A DNA stretch of 64,000 bases from a virus. Lineage: Duplodnaviria > Caudoviricetes. Shown one piece after another: positions 10,221-19,315 of this stretch (its first letter is position 1; the number at the start of each line of letters is the position of its first letter). The stretch is taken from IMG/VR virus record IMGVR_UViG_3300025392_000002; one strand, written 5' to 3'. The notes beneath the pieces are model-generated. The model saw only the letters and a program-made list of their open reading frames with translations, did not search any database and was not told where the DNA came from. Made by a program: the position numbers and the translations under genes.

Positions 10221-10841
10221 ATGAGAAGTAGAGAATTCATTCAGGAAGCAGACATTAAAAAGTTCTTTGGGTTAGGCTCCAAGGCTATCAAACGGGCAGA
10301 GCAACCTAGACCCAGAGAAGACGACGTCAACCGACTAGTATCTCCCCAGGAAGCTATGAAAGCCAAACTGGGCATGAAACTAATGAACGGTCCCAAGCGA
10401 GTGCCTTTACCTGGCAGTCGTGGTATGAACATAGTAAAAACACCTGGCGGATCTCCACGCATAGTTATAGTAGTGGATGTGGACGGAATTCCCATGCCGT
10501 TTTATATTAGTACAGGCGGTGGCGGTAAAGAAAACGTGCCCACAGGCCGTTGGTATGAATTTTGGGGCATAGGGCCCAGCGGATGGTTTAATAAAACGTC
10601 CGAAACAGACATACTCAATCATTACGGCAGTGCTAAACTAAAGGCCATATCAGATCAATTAGACTCCACAGTGGGCGATATTAGAAACATGGCGGACATA
10701 ATACCCGTTATGACAGCCGCAGACAAGCAGGTTATCAATACCGCTAAGAATCCTATTGATCATCCTGAAGATATGGGCTGGACTCAAGAACAATTGGACC
10801 AGTGGCTACAGAGGATCCGTAACATGGGTCGTAGTCTATGA
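10221..10841 (+). CDS. hypothetical, putative head-packaged protein
   Basis: N-terminus MRSREFIQE; TAAATA 4 nt upstream. Confidence 0.55.
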   Translation: MRSREFIQEADIKKFFGLGSKAIKRAEQPRPREDDVNRLVSPQEAMKAKLGMKLMNGPKRVPLPGSRGMNIVKTPGGSPRIVIVVDVDGIPMPFYISTGGGGKENVPTGRWYEFWGIGPSGWFNKTSETDILNHYGSAKLKAISDQLDSTVGDIRNMADIIPVMTAADKQVINTAKNPIDHPEDMGWTQEQLDQWLQRIRNMGRSL

Positions 10842-11416
10842 GACTGTATGAATTAGAAGGCCCAGGTACTACAGTATGCTTGTTTAAAGGCATGCATACC
10901 GAAGAGGGTAATCAAGGCAATAGTTCACTAGAACAAATAGCACAACTAGTGGGCGGACAAGTATTTGAAGGTAAGCAATCAGCCGAAGCCGCTAGATATT
11001 ACCACTCACGTCCTGGTACACTACTAGTAGTAGTGGGCTATAGTTTAGGTGCAGAAGGTGTACTAGGTATGCAGGCCCTACGTCCAGCATTGTCGATTAC
11101 CATAGCAGGTTGGCCCACTACATTAGAACAGTTGGCCAGTGTTAGTCAAGGTACTTGGCATAATTTCTTCCAACAACAAGAACTAGATGGTATACTACAA
11201 CGAAACTACAATCGTGGCCCATATAAGCCTGGCGGTATAGCACACCCAGTTGACGCTAGACATGGTGCTATTGTAGGCACTGTTAGTAGTCAAGTTGTCA
11301 GTTTAATCAAGCAAGTGGGTACTAGTACACCCACACCACACCCTAATGCTAGTACAAGCCGTGCAGATAGACTGGCCAAGTTTAATGAAAGCCAACGGCG
11401 CGGAAAAAATTTCTAA
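10838..11416 (+). CDS. alpha/beta-hydrolase-like protein, putative head-packaged
   Basis: GYSLG nucleophile elbow; N-terminus MRLYELE. Confidence 0.5.
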   Translation: MRLYELEGPGTTVCLFKGMHTEEGNQGNSSLEQIAQLVGGQVFEGKQSAEAARYYHSRPGTLLVVVGYSLGAEGVLGMQALRPALSITIAGWPTTLEQLASVSQGTWHNFFQQQELDGILQRNYNRGPYKPGGIAHPVDARHGAIVGTVSSQVVSLIKQVGTSTPTPHPNASTSRADRLAKFNESQRRGKNF

Positions 11417-11508
11417 TAGCGAAGCTCAAGCGCAAAAAATTTACGCGAAGCGCGAAAGCGGTAAAAACGCGAACTAGCGTTACTGCTTAGGCCAACCATA
11501 AATATACT

Positions 11509-11883
11509 ATGCGTCTAAAAGAATTTGCACCCTCCAGCCATGATGATCCAGCGTTCGGCGACCCTGCCTTAATGCAGATAGTGGGCCATTATCTAGACGC
11601 TAGGACTATTAACAGTCTTTGGGCACTAAGTCCCTATAATCCACGTAGCGGTAATCAACGCTGGAAGGACAAGTATGATACTGTAGTGGCCAGTGTTAAG
11701 CCATTACTAAAAGACGGTAATCCAGACATTCCTTTAGTAATTAAAACCATAGACCGACAAATACCTATAGTAGGCATGCCCAATTGGATCAAGCAACCGT
11801 TACTACAAGCAGACGCCAAGTACAAGCAAGAATGGCATGATATGGGTATTCAAGGTAATCCTGAGTTCGATATCGTTAAGTAG
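11509..11883 (+). CDS. hypothetical, putative head-packaged protein
   Basis: MRLKEF N-terminus; TAAATA 4 nt upstream. Confidence 0.5.
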   Translation: MRLKEFAPSSHDDPAFGDPALMQIVGHYLDARTINSLWALSPYNPRSGNQRWKDKYDTVVASVKPLLKDGNPDIPLVIKTIDRQIPIVGMPNWIKQPLLQADAKYKQEWHDMGIQGNPEFDIVK

Positions 11884-11885
11884 TA

Positions 11886-12113
11886 CTACTGTATGGGTAA
11901 CCCAGTAGCTAAGTCTAGCGTGGGATCTACAGTCCCACAGTACTCACGTAGCCATAGCTGAAAGTATGTATTAAGACTACTATCATTAGGCACCCAAAAG
12001 CGTGTACGATTCAAGTGTACGTCTATCTTTAAGTCATTGTCAAATATCCAAGTGAAGACTTCCTTAGCATTGGGGTGAAGTGTGAGTATATAGTATTCAG
12101 TAGCGTGAGTCAT
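11886..12113 (-). CDS. hypothetical protein
   Basis: ORF with AGGA RBS. Confidence 0.55.
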   Translation of the reverse strand: MTHATEYYILTLHPNAKEVFTWIFDNDLKIDVHLNRTRFWVPNDSSLNTYFQLWLREYCGTVDPTLDLATGLPIQ

Positions 12114-12309
12114 TTAAGTTCCTACATATATTACTAATAAGATGATTGGGATTGGCTGAATTAGCATTGATACGCTCAATGTCTTCTATGGCTGTTTCTA
12201 CGAGTTCTAGTCTGTTGGTAGCAGTATAGTAGCGATCACGTAAGGTTGACGCTTGAAAGATGCTGACTAAGCCTGCTAGTAGTTTAACTAACCATATGTG
12301 TGTGTTCAT
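12097..12309 (-). CDS. hypothetical protein
   Basis: ORF, likely start MNTHIW. Confidence 0.5.
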   Translation of the reverse strand: MNTHIWLVKLLAGLVSIFQASTLRDRYYTATNRLELVETAIEDIERINANSANPNHLISNICRNLNDSRY

Positions 12310-12348
12310 ATAGTATATAGCAGAATAAATACACAATAGGAGACAGGT

Positions 12349-12822
12349 ATGACCGCACAAGAATATAGACAACTAGTTACACGTTTGGATCAGATTGCAG
12401 AATCTGATCCAACGAAAGCATTAGGTGCAGTTAGTAAACTGGCACAGTGGTTAGAACGTCACAGTAGTAAAGATTCGGTGAAAAAACAGGCTCAATACTA
12501 TGCTGATAAGTATCCTAGAGTACCCATAGGCCAGTTCAAAGGAACAATCAGCTGGCCCTTTGCCAATATGCTAGAGCGTTCAGGCATTATGGGTACTACA
12601 CCGTTAGATAGTATGACTTTGAGTAGGGGCGGTTGGGCACCTAACGAAATTTTCTACAGGATGAGCAATGGGCAAATGCGGCTAACAGATGAACAGGCTT
12701 GGAAACTAATGCAAAGTATGGATGAAAGATATCAAGTGGATCCAGTCAAAGTAGAAAATGAGTTTAGGGCATTAGCTGCCAAATATGGTGTACCTACACA
12801 AGCTGTGGGTCCACAGCCCTAA
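12349..12822 (+). CDS. hypothetical late protein
   Basis: TAAATA and GGAG RBS; terminator follows. Confidence 0.6.
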   Translation: MTAQEYRQLVTRLDQIAESDPTKALGAVSKLAQWLERHSSKDSVKKQAQYYADKYPRVPIGQFKGTISWPFANMLERSGIMGTTPLDSMTLSRGGWAPNEIFYRMSNGQMRLTDEQAWKLMQSMDERYQVDPVKVENEFRALAAKYGVPTQAVGPQP

Positions 12823-12846
12823 TACACAACAAATACGATACACTAC

Positions 12847-12873
12847 AAATGGGTCTTTAGGGCCCATTTTTTT
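12847..12873 (+). terminator. intrinsic terminator
   Basis: AAATGGGTC-TTTAG-GGCCCATTT followed by T run. Confidence 0.75.
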
Positions 12874-12907
12874 CTGCGCAAAAAAATTTGGGAAGTACTT
12901 ACACTTT

Positions 12908-13090
12908 TTAGCGAAAATATTCTACATATACTGCTAGAGCGCATAGTAGAGCAAATATAATGGCGGGACTCCAAGCTTCTAATGGAGTCATGTCCTTATA
13001 ACGATCAGCAGGATACCAACAGTCAAAATCTGGATCGTAGCGGTATGTGCGGCCACGTATTACTTCGGTTTGAGTGTAGAGTTCATTCAT
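12908..13090 (-). CDS. small membrane protein
   Basis: ORF from MNELY with C-terminal hydrophobic helix. Confidence 0.5.
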   Translation of the reverse strand: MNELYTQTEVIRGRTYRYDPDFDCWYPADRYKDMTPLEAWSPAIIFALLCALAVYVEYFR

Positions 13091-13286
13091 AATGACTATA
13101 GATCCATATAGAGACACGAGGTGCGACCCAATACACATAGTTAAAGACAATAAACCACGATACTAGCCAATTGGGAAGCCAGTGAGCTAGCGTAAGCGTA
13201 CTATTAAGAGTAGTCATAGCTAGACTAGTTAATATGGTAACGAGACCAGAATTTGCTAGACTAGTCGATAAATGGGTGCGATTCAT
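13083..13286 (-). CDS. small membrane protein
   Basis: Two hydrophobic segments; overlaps next gene. Confidence 0.45.
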   Translation of the reverse strand: MNRTHLSTSLANSGLVTILTSLAMTTLNSTLTLAHWLPNWLVSWFIVFNYVYWVAPRVSIWIYSHYE

Positions 13287-13491
13287 ACTAGTATATATGC
13301 TAGAACGAGGTACCTGCAGGATCTTTTAGGAACCGCGCGAAAATTTATAAAGAAGTACTTATACTTTTAGAGGGGTGTTTTTACTTCGGTACCCATGCGC
13401 TAGTTAGTAGTTACTAACTTGTTGCATGTATATGCCGGTCGGTGGTCAAAAAATTCTTTTATTATTGCCCTGGTCGGAGGAATATTTCTTC

Positions 13492-13651
13492 AAAAAAAAA
13501 TCCCCTAACTGCCGGGAGCGAATCGGGCTTACGGTTAGGGGATCAAGAACCCATTGCCTTGTTGGCGTTGAGTTCTTAACTACAGACTGGTTGCCGGGAG
13601 CGAATCGTTGGCCAGTCCTACTGCTGTACAGCTACAACTCTAGCGGCTGTA
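13492..13651 (-). ncRNA. putative sRNA with two anti-RBS loops (CGAUUCGCUCCCGG)
   Basis: Promoter TTAACT-17-TATAGT (13686-13658), four hairpins, final hairpin plus U9, exact 16-nt repeat at 13510-13525 and 13592-13607. Confidence 0.65.
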
Positions 13652-13682
13652 TGCTGTACTATATACGCATTAGCTGTTAGAG

Positions 13683-14576
13683 TTAACGGCTAGTACGCAT
13701 ACATGTCATGTCAGCTACTGCCCGCCACTTGTCCGGGAAGCTGGCACGTAAGTCTGCAATCTTAAGTACTGTACGCAAGCTGAGCTCACGTACACGATCA
13801 CTGTTAGACTTGACATAGTCTACTACCTCTAGCTTCTGGTAGTCCTCTAGCTCATACTCATCCAACATACCACACTCAGTTACCACTTGCTCAATGCGCA
13901 ATAGCTTCTCACGTGTAGTGTCAATGGTAAGGTCCAAGTAGTGGCAACGGCTTTCTAATGCTTCCAAGTGATCACGCAACTTCTTGCTCTTAACATGATC
14001 GAACTTGATGTTGGTAATAAAGATAGCACCGCCCTTGAACTCAAAGCTGTCGGGCACACCTTCACGGCGTAGCAATGAACTATCTGTATTCCAACTAATG
14101 GTACGCTTCTTTGAACTGTCTAGTGCTGCCTTCAAGATGTTAAGGCTCAAGTCGTCCAACAAGATGCTGTCACAGTCGTCAAACACTAGGACATTCTTCT
14201 TGTCAGCAAAGTGATAGAGCTTACTGTACAAGCCAATCGCTGACATAGCGCCTTTGACTACTTCATACTTCTTCAGCTTCTGATCGTCAGCTACAGTAGC
14301 GAAGACATCATGCTTGCTGAGTACTTTCTCTACACCAAAGCTCTTGCCAACACCTGGAGGGCCTGTGACAATCATAGCCTTGACCTTGCCGCCTTTTACG
14401 GCACGTGTCATGTCATCCAAAATCTCAAACCTGTCACGCAAACGATCCATGATCTGTTCGTCTGTTTCGGCCGCCAAAGCCTTCTCTTTTGCCTTGATAG
14501 CTGTTTGATCTACTTCCAATGATTTAACTTCGCTCTGCAATGCCATAAGCATCTTTGATGTAACTACCTTACCCAT
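13683..14576 (-). CDS. AAA+/P-loop ATPase
   Basis: GPPGVGKS Walker A, LVFDDCD Walker B, ITN sensor. Confidence 0.85.
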   Translation of the reverse strand: MGKVVTSKMLMALQSEVKSLEVDQTAIKAKEKALAAETDEQIMDRLRDRFEILDDMTRAVKGGKVKAMIVTGPPGVGKSFGVEKVLSKHDVFATVADDQKLKKYEVVKGAMSAIGLYSKLYHFADKKNVLVFDDCDSILLDDLSLNILKAALDSSKKRTISWNTDSSLLRREGVPDSFEFKGGAIFITNIKFDHVKSKKLRDHLEALESRCHYLDLTIDTTREKLLRIEQVVTECGMLDEYELEDYQKLEVVDYVKSNSDRVRELSLRTVLKIADLRASFPDKWRAVADMTCMRTSR

Positions 14577-14648
14577 TTATCGCTCCTTTACGCTGTGGAT
14601 TAATATATTAATTATAACACGGAGTCGCCTCCGTGTCTATGTTTTTGG

Positions 14649-14972
14649 TTAATCTAGTCTGCTACCTGCATAGGCCTTGAGTCCCAGGGCCTGCAAGTAG
14701 TTGGCATAGGCATAGGCGCCTGCTTCTTTGATGTCGATGTTCTGTACGGGAAGTCCTGCTGGATCCCACATGCTGAGACATTTTGGTTTGTAGTCCTTGC
14801 GGAAGCCTGCGGCCAATAGCTCTTTGGCCTGCTTTGAATTGGTACGGTCCACGTAGACCTCAACCCAAGCAAAGCCACAAGCTCCACGGTCGCCGCCCCA
14901 CTTGGCGTACTCTGCGCGGCCTGCTTGTTCTGCCAATACCTTACCTGCACGGATCTGTTCTGCTGTAATCAT
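14649..14972 (-). CDS. hypothetical early protein (GACGFAWV...SRLD)
   Basis: Own promoter and AGGAGCGA RBS. Confidence 0.75.
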   Translation of the reverse strand: MITAEQIRAGKVLAEQAGRAEYAKWGGDRGACGFAWVEVYVDRTNSKQAKELLAAGFRKDYKPKCLSMWDPAGLPVQNIDIKEAGAYAYANYLQALGLKAYAGSRLD

Positions 14973-15014
14973 AAGTATCGCTCCTTATTTGCTGTTGAAG
15001 TAGTAATTATACAG

Positions 15015-15305
15015 TTAAGCCAGCTCTTTGTCAACCAGGGTCAGCATGTTGGCAGGCACTCTCCACAGGCCCATGCCCGTGTTGACTGTGACGTATTTGA
15101 TGGCCACTTTGGTTACGAACCCACGTGTCGCTCTGCCTGTCTTGCTGGATGTGAACTCTACGTTGTCGCCTACACGGATCGAACGTTTGATCTGCTTGGC
15201 TAGGTTAGTACGGTTCCATTTGACTGCATCTATCATTGACGTCAACTCAGTGTTGGTCCAAGACTGTAGCATGATTGCTGAGTTTACTTCTTGAATGGTT
15301 AGCAT
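15015..15305 (-). CDS. hypothetical early protein (SH3/KOW-like C-terminus)
   Basis: RVGDNVEF...G.VTKV..KYV.V...WRVP; promoter and RBS. Confidence 0.7.
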   Translation of the reverse strand: MLTIQEVNSAIMLQSWTNTELTSMIDAVKWNRTNLAKQIKRSIRVGDNVEFTSSKTGRATRGFVTKVAIKYVTVNTGMGLWRVPANMLTLVDKELA

Positions 15306-15348
15306 AGTATCGCTCCTATTTTCTGTTTAAGTGTTTATTATACTAGAT

Positions 15349-15435
15349 TTATTGCCATCCGTCAACCACTAGGATTGCTAGGAACATGACAATGACGGGG
15401 CTCATTAGGATGAGCAAGTTGATGTAAGCCTGCAT
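15349..15435 (-). CDS. 28-aa membrane micropeptide MQAYINLLILMSPVIVMFLAILVVDGWQ
   Basis: Hand translated; TAATG-coupled to upstream gene, GAGG RBS. Confidence 0.5.
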   Translation of the reverse strand: MQAYINLLILMSPVIVMFLAILVVDGWQ

Positions 15436-16133
15436 TATGCTACCTCTTTCAAACGAATTACGAAACCGGAATAGTCCTTCTTAGCACGACCCTTGGCCTT
15501 GAGTCCAAGCATCACGCCCTTAGGGTCTAAGAAGCGCAAGTCTGTCTCATCAGCTGACGGAGTGCCTGCTGGGATCTCATCATATACGGCTACGACTGAC
15601 ATACCTTGCATTAATGCTTCCGCTACATCCGAATCATTTCCGTCTGCCTTGCTGAATGTAAGGTGATAGTTCTTGTACTTAGACACCTTACGACCGAGCA
15701 CCTTAGTGTAGTCATAGAACTGTACATTAGGGAACAATTCAAAGATGTTCTTGTCGTTGATAGTGTACTTCTCCCAGCTCAAGTCGCTAGTACCATTCAA
15801 ACGGAATACAGGGATCAAGCCACGCTTCTCAGCGAACTTGATAGCCTTAGTGATGTCTTCGTACAGATCCTGCATGAAGTAGTCACGGGCTTCAAAGAAG
15901 TACTTGGTCTTGCGGATGCGAGCCTTTTGGATCATATTGGTGTTCTCGCCCCGTTTGAACATACCGCCACGTCCGGCAGTGTTAAGGCAAGCGGCAGTAC
16001 AGCCTGCGGTGCGCTTAGGGCAAGTCTCACGCCCTGACAAGTCTGCTGGTGCCAAATGTAGGATGAAAGACAGATAACCCATCTTAGTACCTTTTTGGAT
16101 CTTAGGGTTTGCTGTGGACAATAATTTAAACAT
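15435..16133 (-). CDS. phage GP88-family protein (Cys-rich, radical-SAM-like)
   Basis: LHLAP, CP..T.GC...CL, RLNGTSDL, FYDYTK, DLRFLDP, GLKAKG. Confidence 0.75.
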   Translation of the reverse strand: MFKLLSTANPKIQKGTKMGYLSFILHLAPADLSGRETCPKRTAGCTAACLNTAGRGGMFKRGENTNMIQKARIRKTKYFFEARDYFMQDLYEDITKAIKFAEKRGLIPVFRLNGTSDLSWEKYTINDKNIFELFPNVQFYDYTKVLGRKVSKYKNYHLTFSKADGNDSDVAEALMQGMSVVAVYDEIPAGTPSADETDLRFLDPKGVMLGLKAKGRAKKDYSGFVIRLKEVA

Positions 16134-16200
16134 AGTTTTCGCTCCTATTGTTTGCTGTTGATATGACTATTATACTGCCTTTTGGGTTGGGCGTCAACCA

Positions 16201-16431
16201 TTAATCCCAATCTTTCTTGCCGCCAAACTGTTCATTCCACTGGTAGCCTGCTAGGTAGGCTTGGATCTCACTGGGCGTCATTTGGCTTTGATCAATGCGC
16301 TCTGAAGTGCCAGTGCCTTCTGTATAGAAGTGAGGGTTGCGTGGACGATGATACCATGAATCTGCTGAGCCCCTATCAAAGGCTCCACCATGGCGGGTAT
16401 CGTACTGCTCGCGGGTTAGTTCTTTAATCAT
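16201..16431 (-). CDS. hypothetical early protein (HGGAFDRGSADSWY)
   Basis: ORF coupled to upstream gene. Confidence 0.7.
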   Translation of the reverse strand: MIKELTREQYDTRHGGAFDRGSADSWYHRPRNPHFYTEGTGTSERIDQSQMTPSEIQAYLAGYQWNEQFGGKKDWD

Positions 16432-16760
16432 ACTGTCTCCTTAAGTGTCAATGTCTTAGCAGGATAAGTGATGGAACCTTCATACTCCAACTGTGACCGC
16501 TCAAATGGAGTCATGAAGCTATCCTCTACGATACCGTAGCCTACGATATACTGACGGCTACCAATGTCGTCCCACTCGATCTGCTCACGGAGCACAAAGA
16601 TCAACTCTTCGATGTGCTCTGCGCTAGGCTCCACTGAACCCAACTGATAGAAGAAGTCCTCACCACCTTTGAACTTCCAGTACTGTGGGCACTCACCTTG
16701 GCCGTCCCAATCATGGGCACCGTAGTTTTCCATGTATTGGGTAGTGATGTGTAGCTTCAT
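16428..16760 (-). CDS. hypothetical early protein (TQYMENYGAHDW...YWKFKGG)
   Basis: Promoter and AGGAGCGA RBS. Confidence 0.75.
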   Translation of the reverse strand: MKLHITTQYMENYGAHDWDGQGECPQYWKFKGGEDFFYQLGSVEPSAEHIEELIFVLREQIEWDDIGSRQYIVGYGIVEDSFMTPFERSQLEYEGSITYPAKTLTLKETV

Positions 16761-16831
16761 TAGGTTCGCTCCTTATTTGCTGTTGATGTTAGTATTATAG
16801 CAAGATTGGGCAGAGTTGTCAACACCTATTT

Positions 16832-16901
16832 GCAAAATAGATCGGCCGAGTGGGCACCTAGATTACACGCCCAGCGATGCCGTCCATCCCGTCGCCTTCG
16901 A
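16832..16901 (-). ncRNA. putative short RNA from a gene-less promoter
   Basis: Perfect TTGACA-17-TATAAT (16936-16908) with no RBS downstream; shares GGGATGGACG with the 24.07 kb copy. Confidence 0.35.
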
Positions 16902-17018
16902 ATCATAATTATACTGGATTGGGCGGGGATTGTCAAGTCGCCGAAACCAAAAAAAAACGACACATCTTTGGGACGTGTCGTCGTAGTCAACGTGTTGTAT
17001 TTCTACAACACCTTTGTA

Positions 17019-17531
17019 TCAGTTTGCGCGGGCTAGTTCTTCAAATGAACTACACTCGTAGCCGTGAAACTTAACAATATGATCATAGGGTTTGTGATAA
17101 CTGTATACTACTTTGCCCACGCCTGAACTAGGGTGAATGGTGATGTTGCGACTCCACATGCTCTTAGGCAAGAAATAGAATTTGAGTCCGTCTTTGTGGG
17201 GATTGTACACAGTACAGCGAAGGGCTCCTTCTTTACGACCACCGCCCGCTGTTTCAACTCCTGTAATTTCACCGCCATAACTATTGCCACCGAGTTTAAG
17301 TGGATTAGCTCGTATGCTAGCAGTCTTAGAATCTGTGCCGTCGCTAAAGTCAGCATGATCGCCGTCGATGAAACGGTATGGGCCCACTGCGGCAAGGCTT
17401 TCTTCAATTAGACGCTCTACATTAAAGATATCAGGGTGCTTGACACCGTACGCACGAAGATCCTTACTGGCCCGGAATTCAGGATGATAAACACAGATTA
17501 CATCTCTCATCAGTACTAGACTCTTTGACAT
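17019..17531 (-). CDS. putative PD-(D/E)xK restriction-endonuclease-like protein
   Basis: E...ADFSDGTDSKT motif; own promoter and RBS. Confidence 0.45.
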   Translation of the reverse strand: MSKSLVLMRDVICVYHPEFRASKDLRAYGVKHPDIFNVERLIEESLAAVGPYRFIDGDHADFSDGTDSKTASIRANPLKLGGNSYGGEITGVETAGGGRKEGALRCTVYNPHKDGLKFYFLPKSMWSRNITIHPSSGVGKVVYSYHKPYDHIVKFHGYECSSFEELARAN

Positions 17532-17606
17532 GGTTCGCTCCTATGTGTTGTTTAAGTCTTAATTGTATAGCCAAAAAATAACCCAGTCAACCGCTGGGTT
17601 ATTGAA

Positions 17607-17683
17607 TGGTGGGCCCACCTGGACTCGAACCAGGGACCAAAGGATTATGAGTCCTCTGCTCTAACCAACTGAGCTATAGGCCC
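17607..17683 (-). tRNA. tRNA with CAT anticodon, Ile2 (lysidine)-like; elongator Met not excluded
   Basis: GGGCCTATAGCTCAGTTGGTTAGAGCAGAGGACTCATAATCCTTTGGTCCCTGGTTCGAGTCCAGGTGGGCCCACCA; full cloverleaf, encoded CCA. Confidence 0.93.
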
Positions 17684-17856
17684 TGATATCGTTTAACTTC
17701 TCTCAAGTCATCATCCTTGTCTTCCAGGATGTAGACTTCATCACAGAACTCTCGTTCGTTTTCTGCGATCTCTTCGGCTTCTCTAAGGGTGGGCACACAC
17801 TCAATCAGCTCTTCATGCTGATCTCGTATGCCCCAGATCTCATACTGTAGAAACAT
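17674..17856 (-). CDS. small acidic hypothetical protein
   Basis: ORF; stop lies in the 5' end of the tRNA. Confidence 0.55.
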   Translation of the reverse strand: MFLQYEIWGIRDQHEELIECVPTLREAEEIAENEREFCDEVYILEDKDDDLREVKRYQGL

Positions 17857-17857
17857 C

Positions 17858-18205
17858 TTAGAAAGGAGCGTCTTCGTCCTCAGTTACCTTAGCAGTAGCT
17901 TTGACTGCTGGAGTCTTTGTTGCCTTGGTAGCAACAGGCTTGGAGACCTTAGCCTTAGGTGAGTTGTCTTCAATGTATTCAGTGATGGTAGACTGCGCTA
18001 CTGCATCAGCAAAATCTTCAAGACCTAGGATGATCTTAGCGGCATCCATCTTAGAGAAAGAACCTTCAAGATCTGCCAAACGGATGTCTTCATGGCCGCT
18101 CTTAGCGAGAACCTTGATACGCATCATATCGTTAGCAAAGCGAACTTTGTAGTCGCCATTGAGCTTGCTAATACCTGCAACTGTGAATAATTTATCTGTA
18201 GCCAT
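17858..18205 (-). CDS. hypothetical protein (KVRFAND..RIKVL.K.GH), K/A-rich tail
   Basis: Promoter and GAGG RBS. Confidence 0.7.
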   Translation of the reverse strand: MATDKLFTVAGISKLNGDYKVRFANDMMRIKVLAKSGHEDIRLADLEGSFSKMDAAKIILGLEDFADAVAQSTITEYIEDNSPKAKVSKPVATKATKTPAVKATAKVTEDEDAPF

Positions 18206-18292
18206 TTGTTACCTCTATGTGTGTGTTAAAAAATATGTTATTGAGCCAATCTCTCTAACATGTTCAAATTATACAACTCTTTTGGTTAGTTG

Positions 18293-18556
18293 TCAACCAT
18301 TTCTCTTCTGTTTTGGGCGAATTTTTGGTTGTTGCGTTTTCACAACATTCTTAAACTCCTTTTGAATATAGTATTCAATCAAAGCTCTTTGAATCATAGT
18401 TACCAAATCAACTCCATGGTCCTCAGGACAGATAAAACGATACGGACTAGACTTCCAACTGCGTTCAGTAACGAACTTATAATAGATCTGACGATGCTCT
18501 CGTAGACTAGGGTCAAACGCAACCAATGGCCTACTTAGGAATTCTAGTCTACTCAT
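18293..18556 (-). CDS. hypothetical early protein
   Basis: Likely start MSRLEF, coupled to upstream ORF. Confidence 0.65.
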   Translation of the reverse strand: MSRLEFLSRPLVAFDPSLREHRQIYYKFVTERSWKSSPYRFICPEDHGVDLVTMIQRALIEYYIQKEFKNVVKTQQPKIRPKQKRNG

Positions 18557-18681
18557 TTGGCAAGAACCCACGCCCTCACTACTTCTTCAAGGGCTGTAAA
18601 TTTGTAGTCAACTGGCTTAGGGCGTACCTTAGCAGTCATCCTAGCATTATGCTCTAGGTTCTTTTCTTTATTGGTTTTCAT
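18553..18681 (-). CDS. 42-aa hypothetical protein
   Basis: Hand translated MKTNKEK...RAWVLAK, downstream of promoter at 18734. Confidence 0.55.
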   Translation of the reverse strand: MKTNKEKNLEHNARMTAKVRPKPVDYKFTALEEVVRAWVLAK

Positions 18682-18742
18682 TGCTGTTCCATTTGTTGTT
18701 GTTAAACCTAATTATACTGCCTTTTGGGTAGGCAGTCAACCA

Positions 18743-19315
18743 TTACTCTTCGGACTCTTCTTCGTATTCAGCAATGGATTCGGAGATGCCCATGATCTCA
18801 TCAAGATCTCTAGGCAGTTCTGTTTCTACCTGCTCCGATGTCATACCGCCCACTTCATAGTAGTCGTCACCATTCTCATCATAGATACCAGCAAAGGCCA
18901 TGCCACACTCATAGTAGAACGCCCTAAGGGTATAACCCTGCTCCATCAATGCTTCGTAGACTCCACAAGGAGGTGCCCAGGCTGAATCAAAGCCAAAGGT
19001 GATACCATTCTTGTCATGCTGGTCGTCATACTCTACCTTGTCGTAAGGATCCACATCCCACTTAGTTCCCCATTCGTTTACGCAGAAGTCATACCAGTTC
19101 TTGTAGCCATACTTCTCTTCGTTGATGACCTCTTGGGCCTCTAACTTCTTCTGATCGTCTGGATCACCAAGTTTGCCTGCTGTGATACCTAAATCTTCTG
19201 GAACAGGAATAGCAAAGTTACAGAACTTGCCTTCGTTAATGGCCTCAACCAAGGCATACATCTTGGCAGGGTCTTCGTGATTAATTTGAACTGTGTTATT
19301 GCACCAATTAGGCAT
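18743..19315 (-). CDS. Api92/YubB ferredoxin-like domain protein
   Basis: MPNWCNN, WYDF...WGTKWD, FDSAWAPP. Confidence 0.75.
   Translation of the reverse strand: MPNWCNNTVQINHEDPAKMYALVEAINEGKFCNFAIPVPEDLGITAGKLGDPDDQKKLEAQEVINEEKYGYKNWYDFCVNEWGTKWDVDPYDKVEYDDQHDKNGITFGFDSAWAPPCGVYEALMEQGYTLRAFYYECGMAFAGIYDENGDDYYEVGGMTSEQVETELPRDLDEIMGISESIAEYEEESEE

Noticed and set aside
13426-13680. 84-aa plus-strand ORF over the sRNA
   Set aside because: No RBS, atypical composition, antisense to a promoter/terminator-bounded structured unit
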